Shown: positions 18,173 to 27,468 of the stretch, one piece after another
Numbering within the stretch: the stretch's first letter is position 1
How the letters are laid out: each line of letters starts with the position of its first letter
Source of the DNA: Gemmatimonadota bacterium
Lineage (GTDB): Bacteria > Gemmatimonadota > Gemmatimonadetes > Palauibacterales > Palauibacteraceae
Assembly: GCA_039588275.1 (NCBI GenBank)
Contig: JBDHAC010000055.1
Span: 1 to 38,217, forward strand
DNA: 38,217 nucleotides
Direction: 5' to 3'
Translations under genes and position numbers: made by a program
The notes under the pieces: model-generated
The model's input: the letters and a program-made list of their open reading frames with translations, nothing else
The model's database searches: none
Told to the model about the DNA's origin: nothing

Positions 18173-18374
18173 GGTTTCGAGCGTTTTCTGGAAAGGACCC
18201 CGTCCGCCACCTACATTGCCCGCGCCCGACGGTCGTCCCCGTCTGATGCGGGGTAACGAGCCGACGCCCGAGTATAGGAGCGTTCCGGAATCAGTGTCAA
18301 ACCAGACAGCCTTCCCCACCCGCCACTCCGGACCGGTCTGCCGGCGTCTTTTCCACCTCTGCCCGCTGCTCGCG

Positions 18375-19085
18375 ATGGCCCTGCTCGCACCGCTCGCGCT
18401 CGACGCGCAGGAGGCGGAGGAGGAGCCTCAGGAAGAGCGCATAGATTCCCCGTATCGGTGGATTCCCCGCGGCTTGCGGGTGGGGTGGCAAGCTGGGTAT
18501 CACCTCGGCGACCGCGGCGATCTGGAGTTCGGGCAGGGGTCCGCCCTGGCGACGGGAGCCCGGTTCCGGGTTCGCGTGAGCACTCCGCTCAGCCTCGAGC
18601 TCGGAGCGGTCTACGCCGCCGCCCGTCGGTGGGTAGTGGATCCGCAACTGGAGACGGGGCCGGGCGTTGTAGACACGGTGTCGGCGGGGTGGCTGCGTCT
18701 CGACGCCGGCGTCCAATTGGGCCTCACCGGAGCTCGAACGTGGAACGGGTTCCACCCCTACGCGCTGTTCGGGGGCGGGTTCGTGATCGGTGTGAACGAG
18801 GAGATCAGCGAGACCTTCGGCGAGCAGGAGCTGGAGCCGTTCCAATACAAGATCGGCACCGCCCCGGAGCTCTACACCGGGCTCGGCGTGGAGGTATTCC
18901 CCGGCGGTGGCAAGATCGGGATCGGGTTCGAGGCCCGGGACTACCTTATCCGGGTCAAGACGCCTGACGCCTTCTTCCTCCCGGACATCCTCGACACGAT
19001 CGAGGAAGCCGGTGCCGAAGCGCCCACGGACACCCAATGGGGGCACAACCTCGAGTTCGCGGTCGTGCTCTGGTACTACTTCTAA
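18375..19085 (+). CDS. Outer-membrane beta-barrel-like protein
   Basis: Signal peptide ending ALDAQ, amphipathic strands (HPYALFGGGF, GIGFEARDY), C-terminal aromatic WYYF; start uncertain (GTG 18294 or ATG 18375). Confidence 0.7.
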   Translation: MALLAPLALDAQEAEEEPQEERIDSPYRWIPRGLRVGWQAGYHLGDRGDLEFGQGSALATGARFRVRVSTPLSLELGAVYAAARRWVVDPQLETGPGVVDTVSAGWLRLDAGVQLGLTGARTWNGFHPYALFGGGFVIGVNEEISETFGEQELEPFQYKIGTAPELYTGLGVEVFPGGGKIGIGFEARDYLIRVKTPDAFFLPDILDTIEEAGAEAPTDTQWGHNLEFAVVLWYYF

Positions 19086-19101
19086 TGGGTGCCCGCTTCT
19101 A

Positions 19102-20619
19102 ATGCGTGCCCGTCCGTCGGTCGCCTCGATCGCTCTCGTCGGGGCCCTTGTCACCTTCCACGTGGCCGAGGCTCAACAAGCGGCACGAGCGCCTGACACC
19201 GTCCGGCGGGCCGATCGCGACCTCGAGCTGTTGCAGGACAACCTGCGGCAGCTCCTGTCCGACCCCGCCCTCTCGCGCGCACACGTCGGCTTGATCGTGC
19301 AGGCGGCCGGTAGCGGCGAGGTCCTGTTCCAGGCTGGAGCCGAGAAGCGCTACACCGCGGCCAGCACGGCGAAGCTCGTCACGGGTGCGGTGGCACTGCA
19401 CCACCTCGGGGGGACGTATCTGTGGGAGACGCGGTTACTCGCCGGCGGTGCCGTAGCCGACGGGACGCTCGACGGCGACCTCTGGGTAATCGGCGGTGGT
19501 GACCCGCGAGTGGAGCGCGATCGGCTGCGCGAATGGGCGGCGGCCGTCAGAGGCGCAGGCATCCGACGGATCCGAGGGGATCTCGTGGGTGACGATCGAG
19601 CGTTCGAGGGCCCGATCTGGGGCCGGGGCTGGATGTGGGACGACCTGTTCGGGGGTTGGGCCGCAGGCGTGAGCGCGCTTCAGCTGTCACCCGCATCGGT
19701 TCCGGGGGAGCTGCGTCCGGGGACCGAACCCGGTGACCCGGCGCGGCTGCGCATACTGGAATCGGGCACCGATTTCCCGATCCGCAATGGCGTACGAACC
19801 GGGGCGCCACGATCGGACATCCGGCTGGCGTTCGAGCCCGCGCCGGACGGGAGGAGCGTCACGCTGGAGGGTTGGATTCCCAGCGACGTAGAGCGTGTGC
19901 CGTTGAGTCTCGCCCCACCGCACCCGACGCTGTACCTGCTCGATGTCTTCACGAGAGCTCTCGCGGAGGAAGGCGTCGAGCTTGCGGGCGAGGCCCGCAT
20001 GGCGCGTGAGGAGGATACACCTCCGCCCGCTGGCTGGGAGCGTACGTTCACTTCGCAGCCGTTCTCGGCAATCCTCACGCGGATGTTGAAGCGGAGCGAC
20101 AACCAGATCGCCGAGATCTTCCTCAGAACTCTCGGGCTCGAAGCCGAGGGAAGCGGTTCGGCGGAGGCCGGGCTGGAGGTCGTGGAAGAGACGCTATCGG
20201 ACTGGGGGATCGAACCCGGTGGCGTGTCGCTCGCCGACGGTTCCGGGTTGTCCCGCTACAGCGCGATCGCGCCTCGGGCGCTGGCGCGCCTGCTCAGACG
20301 CACATCGCAGCTCCCGGAGTTTCCCCTGTTTCGCGACGCGTTGCCCGTGGCAAGCGTCGATGGGACGCTCTCCCGACGGTTCACCTCCACCGCGGCTTCC
20401 GCCAATGTGCAGGCCAAGACGGGCTCGCTCGATGGAGTGCGTGGCTTGGCGGGCTTTGTTCAAGATGGCGATGGCGAGACACTGATCTTCGCCCTCCTGC
20501 TGAACGGCTACGATGCGCCCGGTGATGTGGCCACTGCGGTCGAGGACTTGCTCGTAGAACAGCTCGCGCTGTATCACGGCCCCAGCTTCCCGGAGGGACG
20601 CGGCGGCCCTCACCGATGA
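19102..20619 (+). CDS. dacB: D-alanyl-D-alanine carboxypeptidase/endopeptidase (PBP4, peptidase S13)
   Basis: SxxK (ASTAK), SDN, KTG motifs; GGGDP, GWMWDD, DGSGLSRY; signal peptide from ATG 19102. Confidence 0.93.
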   Translation: MRARPSVASIALVGALVTFHVAEAQQAARAPDTVRRADRDLELLQDNLRQLLSDPALSRAHVGLIVQAAGSGEVLFQAGAEKRYTAASTAKLVTGAVALHHLGGTYLWETRLLAGGAVADGTLDGDLWVIGGGDPRVERDRLREWAAAVRGAGIRRIRGDLVGDDRAFEGPIWGRGWMWDDLFGGWAAGVSALQLSPASVPGELRPGTEPGDPARLRILESGTDFPIRNGVRTGAPRSDIRLAFEPAPDGRSVTLEGWIPSDVERVPLSLAPPHPTLYLLDVFTRALAEEGVELAGEARMAREEDTPPPAGWERTFTSQPFSAILTRMLKRSDNQIAEIFLRTLGLEAEGSGSAEAGLEVVEETLSDWGIEPGGVSLADGSGLSRYSAIAPRALARLLRRTSQLPEFPLFRDALPVASVDGTLSRRFTSTAASANVQAKTGSLDGVRGLAGFVQDGDGETLIFALLLNGYDAPGDVATAVEDLLVEQLALYHGPSFPEGRGGPHR

Positions 20620-21902
20620 CTCGGCGCACCGACCACAGCGCGGATTGGCTCGGTTACGAAGAAGCTCTCGGGGCGATCCTGGCGCGCGTCGGCTCCCTCG
20701 GAGAGCAGCGAGTCCGCCTCCACGAGGCCCTTGGACGCGCGATCGCCCACCCGGTCCACTCCCCCATCGATCACCCGGCGTGGGACAACAGCGCGATGGA
20801 TGGGTTCGCCGTGCGCGCTGAAGACGTGGCCGGCGCCGCTCCGGACCGACCCGTCACGCTGCCGATCTCCGCATCCATCCCGGCAGGCCGGTTCCCGGAG
20901 AATCCACTGGCGCCCGGCACCGCCGTGCAGGTGATGACCGGAGCCCCGGTTCCGTCGGGGGCCACCGGCGTCATCCGTGTGGAGCACACCGATGGCGGGC
21001 ACGACGACACGGTCACTATCCGCGACGATGCGGACGCGCACCGACACATCCGACCCGCGGGCGAGGACGTGACTCGCGGCCAGCTGCTTCTCTCGAAGGG
21101 TGACGAGCTTACGCCGGCGGCCACCGGCATCCTGGCGCTCGCCGGCGTCGCCGAGTTGGATGTGGGACGCGCTCCACGCGTGGGCGTTCTGGCGAATGGA
21201 GATGAGCTGGCAGATTTCGACGCGTACGACGAGGTGCTCGCCGGTCGCCGTGTGATGAACTCGAACGCGCACGCGTTGCTCGCGCAGTTGCGCTCCGCGG
21301 GTGCGGAACCGGTGAGCCTCGGGATCGCACGCGACGACCCGAAGGACCTCGTGGAGCATCTGGCTCGAGGGATGGAGCTGGACGCGATCATCTCCGCCGC
21401 GGGCGTCAGCGTCGGCGAGCACGACCATGTGAAGGGTGTGCTCGCTGAGCTCGGGATGGAACGCACCTTCTGGCGCTTGCGGATGCGCCCGGGGAGCGCC
21501 GCGCTTTTCGGGATCCGGGCCGGTCAGCCGATCTGGGGCGTCCCGGGAAACCCCGTCTCGGCGATGGTGACCTTTGAAGTCCTCATCCGCCCCGCGATCC
21601 GGCGTATGTCGGGCCACCGTGACTGCGTACCCCGACGAGTGTGGGCGCGGGTCGAGGATCGCATCTCATCGCCGGAGGGCTCGACCTCGTTTCTCCGCGC
21701 GGTCCTTGTCGACCAGGGCGAGGGCTCTCTCTCGGCCCGCCTGACCGGTCCTCAGGGCTCTGGGATGCTCACCTCGATGCTCGCCGATGCGCTCGTCGTT
21801 GTCCCGGAGGATGTCACCGAGATGCCGGCGGGCTCGGTCGCCGAGCTCATCCCGATCACCCGGTGGTTCCAGCGCGGGTCCACCGCGGGTGCCGATGTCT
21901 GA
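20616..21902 (+). CDS. moeA: Molybdopterin molybdotransferase
   Basis: DNSAMDGFAV, MTGAPVP, NGDEL, GVSVGEHDHVK, GVPGNPVS, QGSGMLTS. Confidence 0.95.
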   Translation: MTRRTDHSADWLGYEEALGAILARVGSLGEQRVRLHEALGRAIAHPVHSPIDHPAWDNSAMDGFAVRAEDVAGAAPDRPVTLPISASIPAGRFPENPLAPGTAVQVMTGAPVPSGATGVIRVEHTDGGHDDTVTIRDDADAHRHIRPAGEDVTRGQLLLSKGDELTPAATGILALAGVAELDVGRAPRVGVLANGDELADFDAYDEVLAGRRVMNSNAHALLAQLRSAGAEPVSLGIARDDPKDLVEHLARGMELDAIISAAGVSVGEHDHVKGVLAELGMERTFWRLRMRPGSAALFGIRAGQPIWGVPGNPVSAMVTFEVLIRPAIRRMSGHRDCVPRRVWARVEDRISSPEGSTSFLRAVLVDQGEGSLSARLTGPQGSGMLTSMLADALVVVPEDVTEMPAGSVAELIPITRWFQRGSTAGADV

Positions 21903-22977
21903 ACGATCGGTGCGCCTCTGGGCCGGGACTCGCAAGGGCCTGTTCCGTGCCGAGAGCGAGGGTGCTGGAAGCCGGTGGCGTTTGGATGGGCCGTTCCATG
22001 AGGGATACGAGATCCACCACGTGATCTCGAGCGCGGATCGACCGTCGACCGCCTACGCCGCCGCGAATCACCGCGTCTGGGGAAGCCATATCTATCGGAC
22101 CGACGATGGCGGAAGAACGTGGCGGCCACTCGAAGGACGGGTCTCGTTCCCCGCTGCTGCCGAGCGTGAGATCCAGGCGATCTGGCACCTCGCCGGTCCT
22201 CACTCCGGGGGTCCCGGGCTATTCGCCGGCGTGGACCCGGCCGCCTTGTTCAGCTCCGGGGATGACGGCGAAAGCTGGGGGTGGGTCCGGTCGCTGGATC
22301 GACACCCGACGCGCGGCTCCTGGCAACCGACACGAGGCGGGCTGACCCTCCACTCGATCCAGGTGGACCCCCGCAACGAGGCGCGGCTGTACGTCTCCGT
22401 CTCGGCCGGTGGATCGTATCGGAGTGACGATGGAGGAGAGAGCTGGGTACCGATCAACCGGGGGGTGCGTGCGGGTTACCTCGCGGACCCGTCAGAGCCC
22501 GCCGGACACAACCCCCATGCGCTACGGCTGCATCCCGCGCGTCCGGACCGTCTGTACCGCCAGGACCACACCGGCATGTACCGCAGCGACGACCGCGGCG
22601 AGAGCTGGTCGGAGATCACCGCAGGCCTTCCGAGCGATTTCGGGTACGCGGTCGCCCTCGATCCCGCCGACGCTGACCGTTGCTGGGTCGTTCCGGAGGA
22701 GAGCAGCCACATGCGCTGCGTGTGTGAGGGTCGGTTGAGGGTCTACGAGACGGGCGACGGGGGACAGACCTGGGTGGCGCGGACCGATGGGCTACCTCAG
22801 TCGAACGCGTATGTCTCCGTGCTTCGCGACGCGCTGTGCTCGGACGGGCTGGACCCGTGTGGCGTGTATCTCGGGACATCCACCGGACAGTTGTTCGCCA
22901 GCCGCGATGGAGCCGACTGGTCGCTCGTCGCCGGCTACCTCCCGCCGATTCTGTGCGTCAGCGCCGGACCTCGATAG
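21895..22977 (+). CDS. BNR/Asp-box repeat beta-propeller protein (sialidase-like fold)
   Basis: Repeated S/T-D-D-G-G-x-T/S-W Asp boxes; GTRKGLF N-terminus; LPPILCV C-terminus; ATG 21895 overlaps the moeA end. Confidence 0.85.
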   Translation: MSERSVRLWAGTRKGLFRAESEGAGSRWRLDGPFHEGYEIHHVISSADRPSTAYAAANHRVWGSHIYRTDDGGRTWRPLEGRVSFPAAAEREIQAIWHLAGPHSGGPGLFAGVDPAALFSSGDDGESWGWVRSLDRHPTRGSWQPTRGGLTLHSIQVDPRNEARLYVSVSAGGSYRSDDGGESWVPINRGVRAGYLADPSEPAGHNPHALRLHPARPDRLYRQDHTGMYRSDDRGESWSEITAGLPSDFGYAVALDPADADRCWVVPEESSHMRCVCEGRLRVYETGDGGQTWVARTDGLPQSNAYVSVLRDALCSDGLDPCGVYLGTSTGQLFASRDGADWSLVAGYLPPILCVSAGPR

Positions 22978-24031
22978 CCACCGCCGACGTAGTGTAGCCA
23001 CCACCTATCGCCGTCAGTACGACCAGGGCAGGATTCGGGAGCTCGCCGTGCTTCCCACGCAGCACCTCGTCCAACGTGATGGCCACGGTGGACGCCGACA
23101 TGTTGCCGTAGTTCTCGATGTTGTGGATGACGCGACCGTTGGACAGGTCGACGTGCTTCTCAAGACCTTTCGTGATGCGCAGGTTCGCCTGGTGGGGGAT
23201 TAACAGATCCACGTCGGCCCATGAGCGATCCGCTGTTTCGAGCGTACGACTGGCCAGCTCCGCCATCGCCACGATGGCGTTCCGGAGGATCCTCGGCCCC
23301 CCCAGCATGCGCAGGGCCGGTACCGGTTCTTCGTCGGTCTCCCAGCCCTGGCCCACGAGGTACAGTGGCTCGCGCGCGAACTCACCACCCAAGGCCGGGG
23401 TGCCGAGCACGCCGTCGCCGTTCTCGCTCGGCTGCAGGATGACCGCGCCCGCTCCATCTCCGAAAAGCACGGCGGTCGTGACGTCCGAATAGTCGACGAC
23501 GCGGGACAGGGCATCCCCCGACACCACGAGAATGTTGCGCGCGAGTCCGGCCCGGATGCTCGCCCAGGCCGTGGCGATCCCGTATACGAAGCCCGCACAC
23601 GCGGCGTTCAACGTGTAGCCGCCCAGCTGCGGTGCGCCGATCAACGACGCGACCGTACAGGCGGGGTTGGGGACGGTGTCGTTCTCCGTCAGGGACGCGA
23701 CGAGGATGAGATCGAGGTCGCCGGGCTCCATCTGGGCCGCTTCCAGCGCGCGCAGCGAGGCCTGGGCACACATGTCCTCGGTCGTGAGCCCGCTCTCGGG
23801 CGTGAGGATTCGACGCTCGCCGATCCCGGTGACCTGGCGCGTCCAAAGATCGAACACCTCTTCGACGGGCAGAGCTTCGGGGCTTTCGACATCGCGAAGT
23901 GCGGCCCGGGCGCGCTCGATGTCGAAATCCTCGCGGATGGAGTCGAGTGCGAACAGCTGGAAATTGTCCACGCGCGTGTCGGGCACGTAGCTGCCCGAAC
24001 CCGCGATGCGTGCTGTCGTGTCAGAGGTCAC
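22958..24031 (-). CDS. fabH: 3-oxoacyl-ACP synthase III family protein
   Basis: GSGSYVP, TGIGERR, NAACAGF (Cys), LFGDGAGA, PHQANLRI (His), YGNMSAS (Asn); start re-called at GTG 24031. Confidence 0.9.
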   Translation of the reverse strand: MTSDTTARIAGSGSYVPDTRVDNFQLFALDSIREDFDIERARAALRDVESPEALPVEEVFDLWTRQVTGIGERRILTPESGLTTEDMCAQASLRALEAAQMEPGDLDLILVASLTENDTVPNPACTVASLIGAPQLGGYTLNAACAGFVYGIATAWASIRAGLARNILVVSGDALSRVVDYSDVTTAVLFGDGAGAVILQPSENGDGVLGTPALGGEFAREPLYLVGQGWETDEEPVPALRMLGGPRILRNAIVAMAELASRTLETADRSWADVDLLIPHQANLRITKGLEKHVDLSNGRVIHNIENYGNMSASTVAITLDEVLRGKHGELPNPALVVLTAIGGGYTTSAVAIEVRR

Positions 24032-24129
24032 GAGACGCTCCGTATGGTATCTCGGCACCCTCGCAAACAGTGCCGTGGCGGGAGTATACGGCACTGTCTT
24101 CGGTCCGGACAGCAGATTTGGAAGGTGTG

Positions 24130-24816
24130 CTAACGTCCTGGTCGGGGGCGGGTCGGGCGGAGGGAAGGTGGCCGCCGAGTCAGCTCACGGGTCAGACCGG
24201 GCGATGGAGGCGGGATCGGCCGGCCTAATCTCAGAGTCCGCCTGACGGACGAGGCCGCCTGTGTCGGTGAGTTTCCATCGCGAATCAGGCGCCGAACCGC
24301 TGCCGGGAGGGTCAGGACCTGGTCTCCCCCGTAGCCGCGAGTCGAGGCTTCGCGGACCACGGCCTCCGCTTCGGCGAGCGCGACGCCTTCGTGGAGCAGG
24401 TCCTCGAGCACCTGCAACATGACGGGGAAGTCCCGTGGGTGCTCTTCGGCCAGCGCTCCTACCACGGCCCCGCTGACTCCGTGTCGCAGCGCATCCGCGG
24501 CCTTCTCGAGACCGTACGCGTCCACCCCCGGCCCGAGCAGGCGGACGGCTACGCGCAGCTCCCTCGCCAGCTGTGCCACGGCCCCCATCACGACCTCCGC
24601 GTTCATACCCTTGGCGACGCCCTCGACCGCCTTGTCCACGAGGAGAGATCGTGGAATACCATCCCGCGCCGCACTCTCCAGCACGGCCTCCATGCGCTGC
24701 ATCTGCTGAGCGGAGAGGACGGGACGGAGCCGCATCAGGTCGTCCTCCTGCGCCGAGGATGCGGCCGGCGCGAGAGTGGCCACGGCGAACAGGAAACCTG
24801 CGACTCGCGGCTTCAC
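24130..24816 (-). CDS. Hypothetical secreted helical protein in the ECF sigma operon
   Basis: Signal peptide (..APAASSAQ), L..KAVEGVAKG motif; GTG 24816 is 1 nt after the upstream stop. Confidence 0.7.
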   Translation of the reverse strand: MKPRVAGFLFAVATLAPAASSAQEDDLMRLRPVLSAQQMQRMEAVLESAARDGIPRSLLVDKAVEGVAKGMNAEVVMGAVAQLARELRVAVRLLGPGVDAYGLEKAADALRHGVSGAVVGALAEEHPRDFPVMLQVLEDLLHEGVALAEAEAVVREASTRGYGGDQVLTLPAAVRRLIRDGNSPTQAASSVRRTLRLGRPIPPPSPGLTRELTRRPPSLRPTRPRPGR

Positions 24817-24817
24817 G

Positions 24818-25390
24818 TTACGGCACCAGAGAGGCGGCGCCGGCGCCGCTCGTGATCGCCAGGACGGAGTTGCGATGACCGAACCCGTCTTCCTTGAAGC
24901 GTTCCGCCAGCGGATCGGACATCCACTGCGTGCCATCGATCACGAACATGTACTCGTGCACACCAGGCAGAAGTGGCACGCGGCCCGACCAGATTCCATC
25001 CCCATCCGGATCCGCCAGCCCGATGTCAGGCAGCCAACCATTGAAGTCACCAGCGATGGCCACCGACCTCGCATGCGGGGCCTCCAACAGGAATTGCACG
25101 TAGACAGCACCGTCCCCCGTGCCAGCGGCGATCTGCTCTTCCGCAGACCGGTCGCCGATGATAACGGGCACCAGAAGAAGAGCGGCGATCGCCGCGGCCG
25201 CCACCCAGGCCAAAGGTCGGACTCGGATCGGCTGCGGGTGAAGCCACCAATCAGCCAGCCGGCTCCACCACCCTACGCGCGACTCTCCCTCGAGCGAGCG
25301 CAGGATGCGCGACTCGAGGCCCACCGGGGCACCCGGAGCGCCCGCTTCCCTGGCGTCCCCGAGGAACGCCTCCCAAAGGCGCGCTGCAAC
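24818..25390 (-). CDS. Anti-sigma-like TM protein with C-terminal CBM48/AMPK-type glycogen-binding domain; 5' end apparently missing
   Basis: TM helix followed by VQFLLEAPHARSVAIAGDFNGW..DPDGDGIW..LLPGVHEYMFVIDG..W..DP..DGFGHRNS; the only upstream in-frame start (TTG 25471) lies inside sigma region 4. Confidence 0.75.
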   Translation of the reverse strand, partial: VAARLWEAFLGDAREAGAPGAPVGLESRILRSLEGESRVGWWSRLADWWLHPQPIRVRPLAWVAAAAIAALLLVPVIIGDRSAEEQIAAGTGDGAVYVQFLLEAPHARSVAIAGDFNGWLPDIGLADPDGDGIWSGRVPLLPGVHEYMFVIDGTQWMSDPLAERFKEDGFGHRNSVLAITSGAGAASLVP

Positions 25391-25875
25391 TGCTCGCGAG
25401 CCCGGTGGACCCGCATTTTGAGGGCCGAGACCGAGACGCCGAGATTCTCGGCCATCTCTTCGTATGACCAACCCTCTACATGCTTCAACACGAATGCCTC
25501 GCGCTGTTCGTCACTCAGCTCCTGCAACGCCTGGTAGATCTCCTCTCGAATCTCCGCGCGCTCGGCGCTCGCTTCGGGCAAGCCCCGGTCCGAGCGCAGC
25601 GGTTCACTCGCCTCCAGCCGTACCTCCCTGCGGGCGCGTCCCTTCAGCTGATCCTTGCACAGGTTGACGACGATTCGGAAGAGCCATCCTCCCACTCGCT
25701 CCGGGTCGCGGCAACGATCCAGATTGCGATATCCCTTGATAAACGCCTGCTGGACGATATCCGCCGCGTCATCCGAGCGCCCCGTCATCCGCTCAGCGTA
25801 GCGATACAGCACATCCTTGTATCGCCGTACCAGGTGTGCGAACGCGTCGGCGTCACCGTCCAAGACGGCCCGCAC
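25273..25875 (-). CDS. ECF sigma-70 factor
   Basis: Region 2 (DAADIVQQAFIK..WLFRIVVNLCKD) and region 4 (LSDEQREAFVLKHVEGWSYEEMA..VSVSALKMRVHRAR); aberrant Arg-rich tail. Confidence 0.9.
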   Translation of the reverse strand: MRAVLDGDADAFAHLVRRYKDVLYRYAERMTGRSDDAADIVQQAFIKGYRNLDRCRDPERVGGWLFRIVVNLCKDQLKGRARREVRLEASEPLRSDRGLPEASAERAEIREEIYQALQELSDEQREAFVLKHVEGWSYEEMAENLGVSVSALKMRVHRAREQLQRAFGRRSSGTPGKRALRVPRWASSRASCARSRESRA

Positions 25876-26145
25876 GGCGTCCGCATCGCTCGTGTCCGCC
25901 GCCGGTCTTTCGGCGGCCGGGTCATCCGCGGCCGAGCCGCCGGCCCCGGTAACCTCCTCCGCTTTACGAATAAGACGACCTCTGTTGGAGCTTCGTCACC
26001 ACCATCACGGCCGTCCGCAGTTTAGCTGAACCCCAGTAGCTCCACCACGGCTTCGGCAGGCACCATTCCAACTCGCACGACCCTGCCGGGACGGGTCGCC
26101 TGGCGGGGGTTCCGGTCGATTCGGTAGCCGGGATACTTTCCCGGG

Positions 26146-27252
26146 GTGAACGGTCCGCGATCCAGCTCCGTCATCGATCTTCCGACCCCGGCGCTCCTTC
26201 TGGACCTCGACGTCCTGGACGAGAATCTTCGCCGGATGCAGGCGAGAGCCGAGGGGCTGGGCGTGCGTCTGCGACCGCACATCAAGACCCACAAGTGCAT
26301 CGAGGTCGGAGAGCGGCAAAGAGCGTGCGGCGCGGACGGGATCACGGTCTCGACGCTCGAGGAAGCGCGCGCCTTCGCCCGGCACGGCTTCGACGACATC
26401 ACGTGGGCATACCCTCTCATCCTGCAACGGGTCGGCGAGGCGCTCGACCTGGCGGAGCACGCGACGCTCGGCCTGACCGTCGACTCGGAGGCGGCGATCG
26501 ACGCTCTCGAGCGCGCGGCCCGGCCCGTTGGCGTCTGGGTGAAGGTAGACTGCGGCTACGGGCGCGCGGGCGTCGATCCTCGCTCAGGGCGCGCGATCCG
26601 GGTGGCGCGCAGGCTCGCCGACTCCGCCGTTCTCGGCTTCAGAGGACTCCTGACGCATTCGGGACACGCGTATCACGCCGAGTCCATCGAGCGGATCGCC
26701 GAGATCGCCGAGGAGGAACGGGGCGTCATGGTCTCCTTCGCGGATCGGCTTCGGAGCGAGGGGATCGATCCGGGTGCGCTGAGCGTAGGGTCCACGCCCG
26801 CCATGTCGCAGGCCCAATCACTGGAGGGCATCGACGAGGCGCGGCCGGGGAACTACGCCCTGTACGACTACACACAGGCGACCCTGGGCTCGTGCGAGCT
26901 GTCGGATTGTGCCCTGACGGTCCTGGCCAGCGTCATCTCGACTTCGCCGGAGAGCGGCCGGAGCATCATCGACGCCGGTGCCCTCGCGCTCTCCAAAGAT
27001 CTCGGCCCCCCGGACGACCCACCGCACTACGGTCGCGTGCGAACAGCCCTCGAGCGAAGCGAGCTCCACCCCCAGACCAGGGTCGTGTCGGTGAGCCAAG
27101 AGCATGGGATCCTCAACGCTTCGCACCCGGTCGGCACGAAGATCCGGGTGCTCGCCAACCATTCCTGCCTCACGGTGGCACACTTCGATGCGTTCATCGT
27201 GGTTCGCGGAACCGAGGTTCTGGATTCGTGGAAGATTTGGCGCTCGCGCTGA
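26146..27252 (+). CDS. DSD1/D-threonine aldolase-family PLP enzyme (alanine racemase fold)
   Basis: LPTPALLLD, LRPHIKTHKC (PLP Lys), VDCGYGRAGV, HSGHAY, GSTP, RPGNY, SQEHG, NHSC. Confidence 0.9.
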   Translation: MNGPRSSSVIDLPTPALLLDLDVLDENLRRMQARAEGLGVRLRPHIKTHKCIEVGERQRACGADGITVSTLEEARAFARHGFDDITWAYPLILQRVGEALDLAEHATLGLTVDSEAAIDALERAARPVGVWVKVDCGYGRAGVDPRSGRAIRVARRLADSAVLGFRGLLTHSGHAYHAESIERIAEIAEEERGVMVSFADRLRSEGIDPGALSVGSTPAMSQAQSLEGIDEARPGNYALYDYTQATLGSCELSDCALTVLASVISTSPESGRSIIDAGALALSKDLGPPDDPPHYGRVRTALERSELHPQTRVVSVSQEHGILNASHPVGTKIRVLANHSCLTVAHFDAFIVVRGTEVLDSWKIWRSR

Positions 27253-27468
27253 TGCGGGAGGCCGCCAGCGCCAGCCCGGGACTCACCTTACCTGTCAAAC
27301 TGACAGTTACTTAGGCCGGTTTCGACGGTCGTGCGGGTCGGTGGTCCGGTACTTGCCCGCTGAACCACCGGATAAGTACGGGCAGTTCGTAACGTTGCCA
27401 CGGTTTTGACCGATGGACGGCAGGTCGCGGCGCGAGCGAACGGCAGCGAAGGGGACGCGCGGGGCCAC

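Noticed and set aside
22958..22977. 20-nt 3' overlap of the convergent BNR-protein gene and fabH
   Set aside because: Short convergent overlaps are common in compact high-GC genomes
25372..25395. Programmed -1 frameshift fusing sigma and anti-sigma
   Set aside because: GCC TTT GGG is not an X-XXY-YYZ slippery heptamer; a deletion or assembly error is simpler
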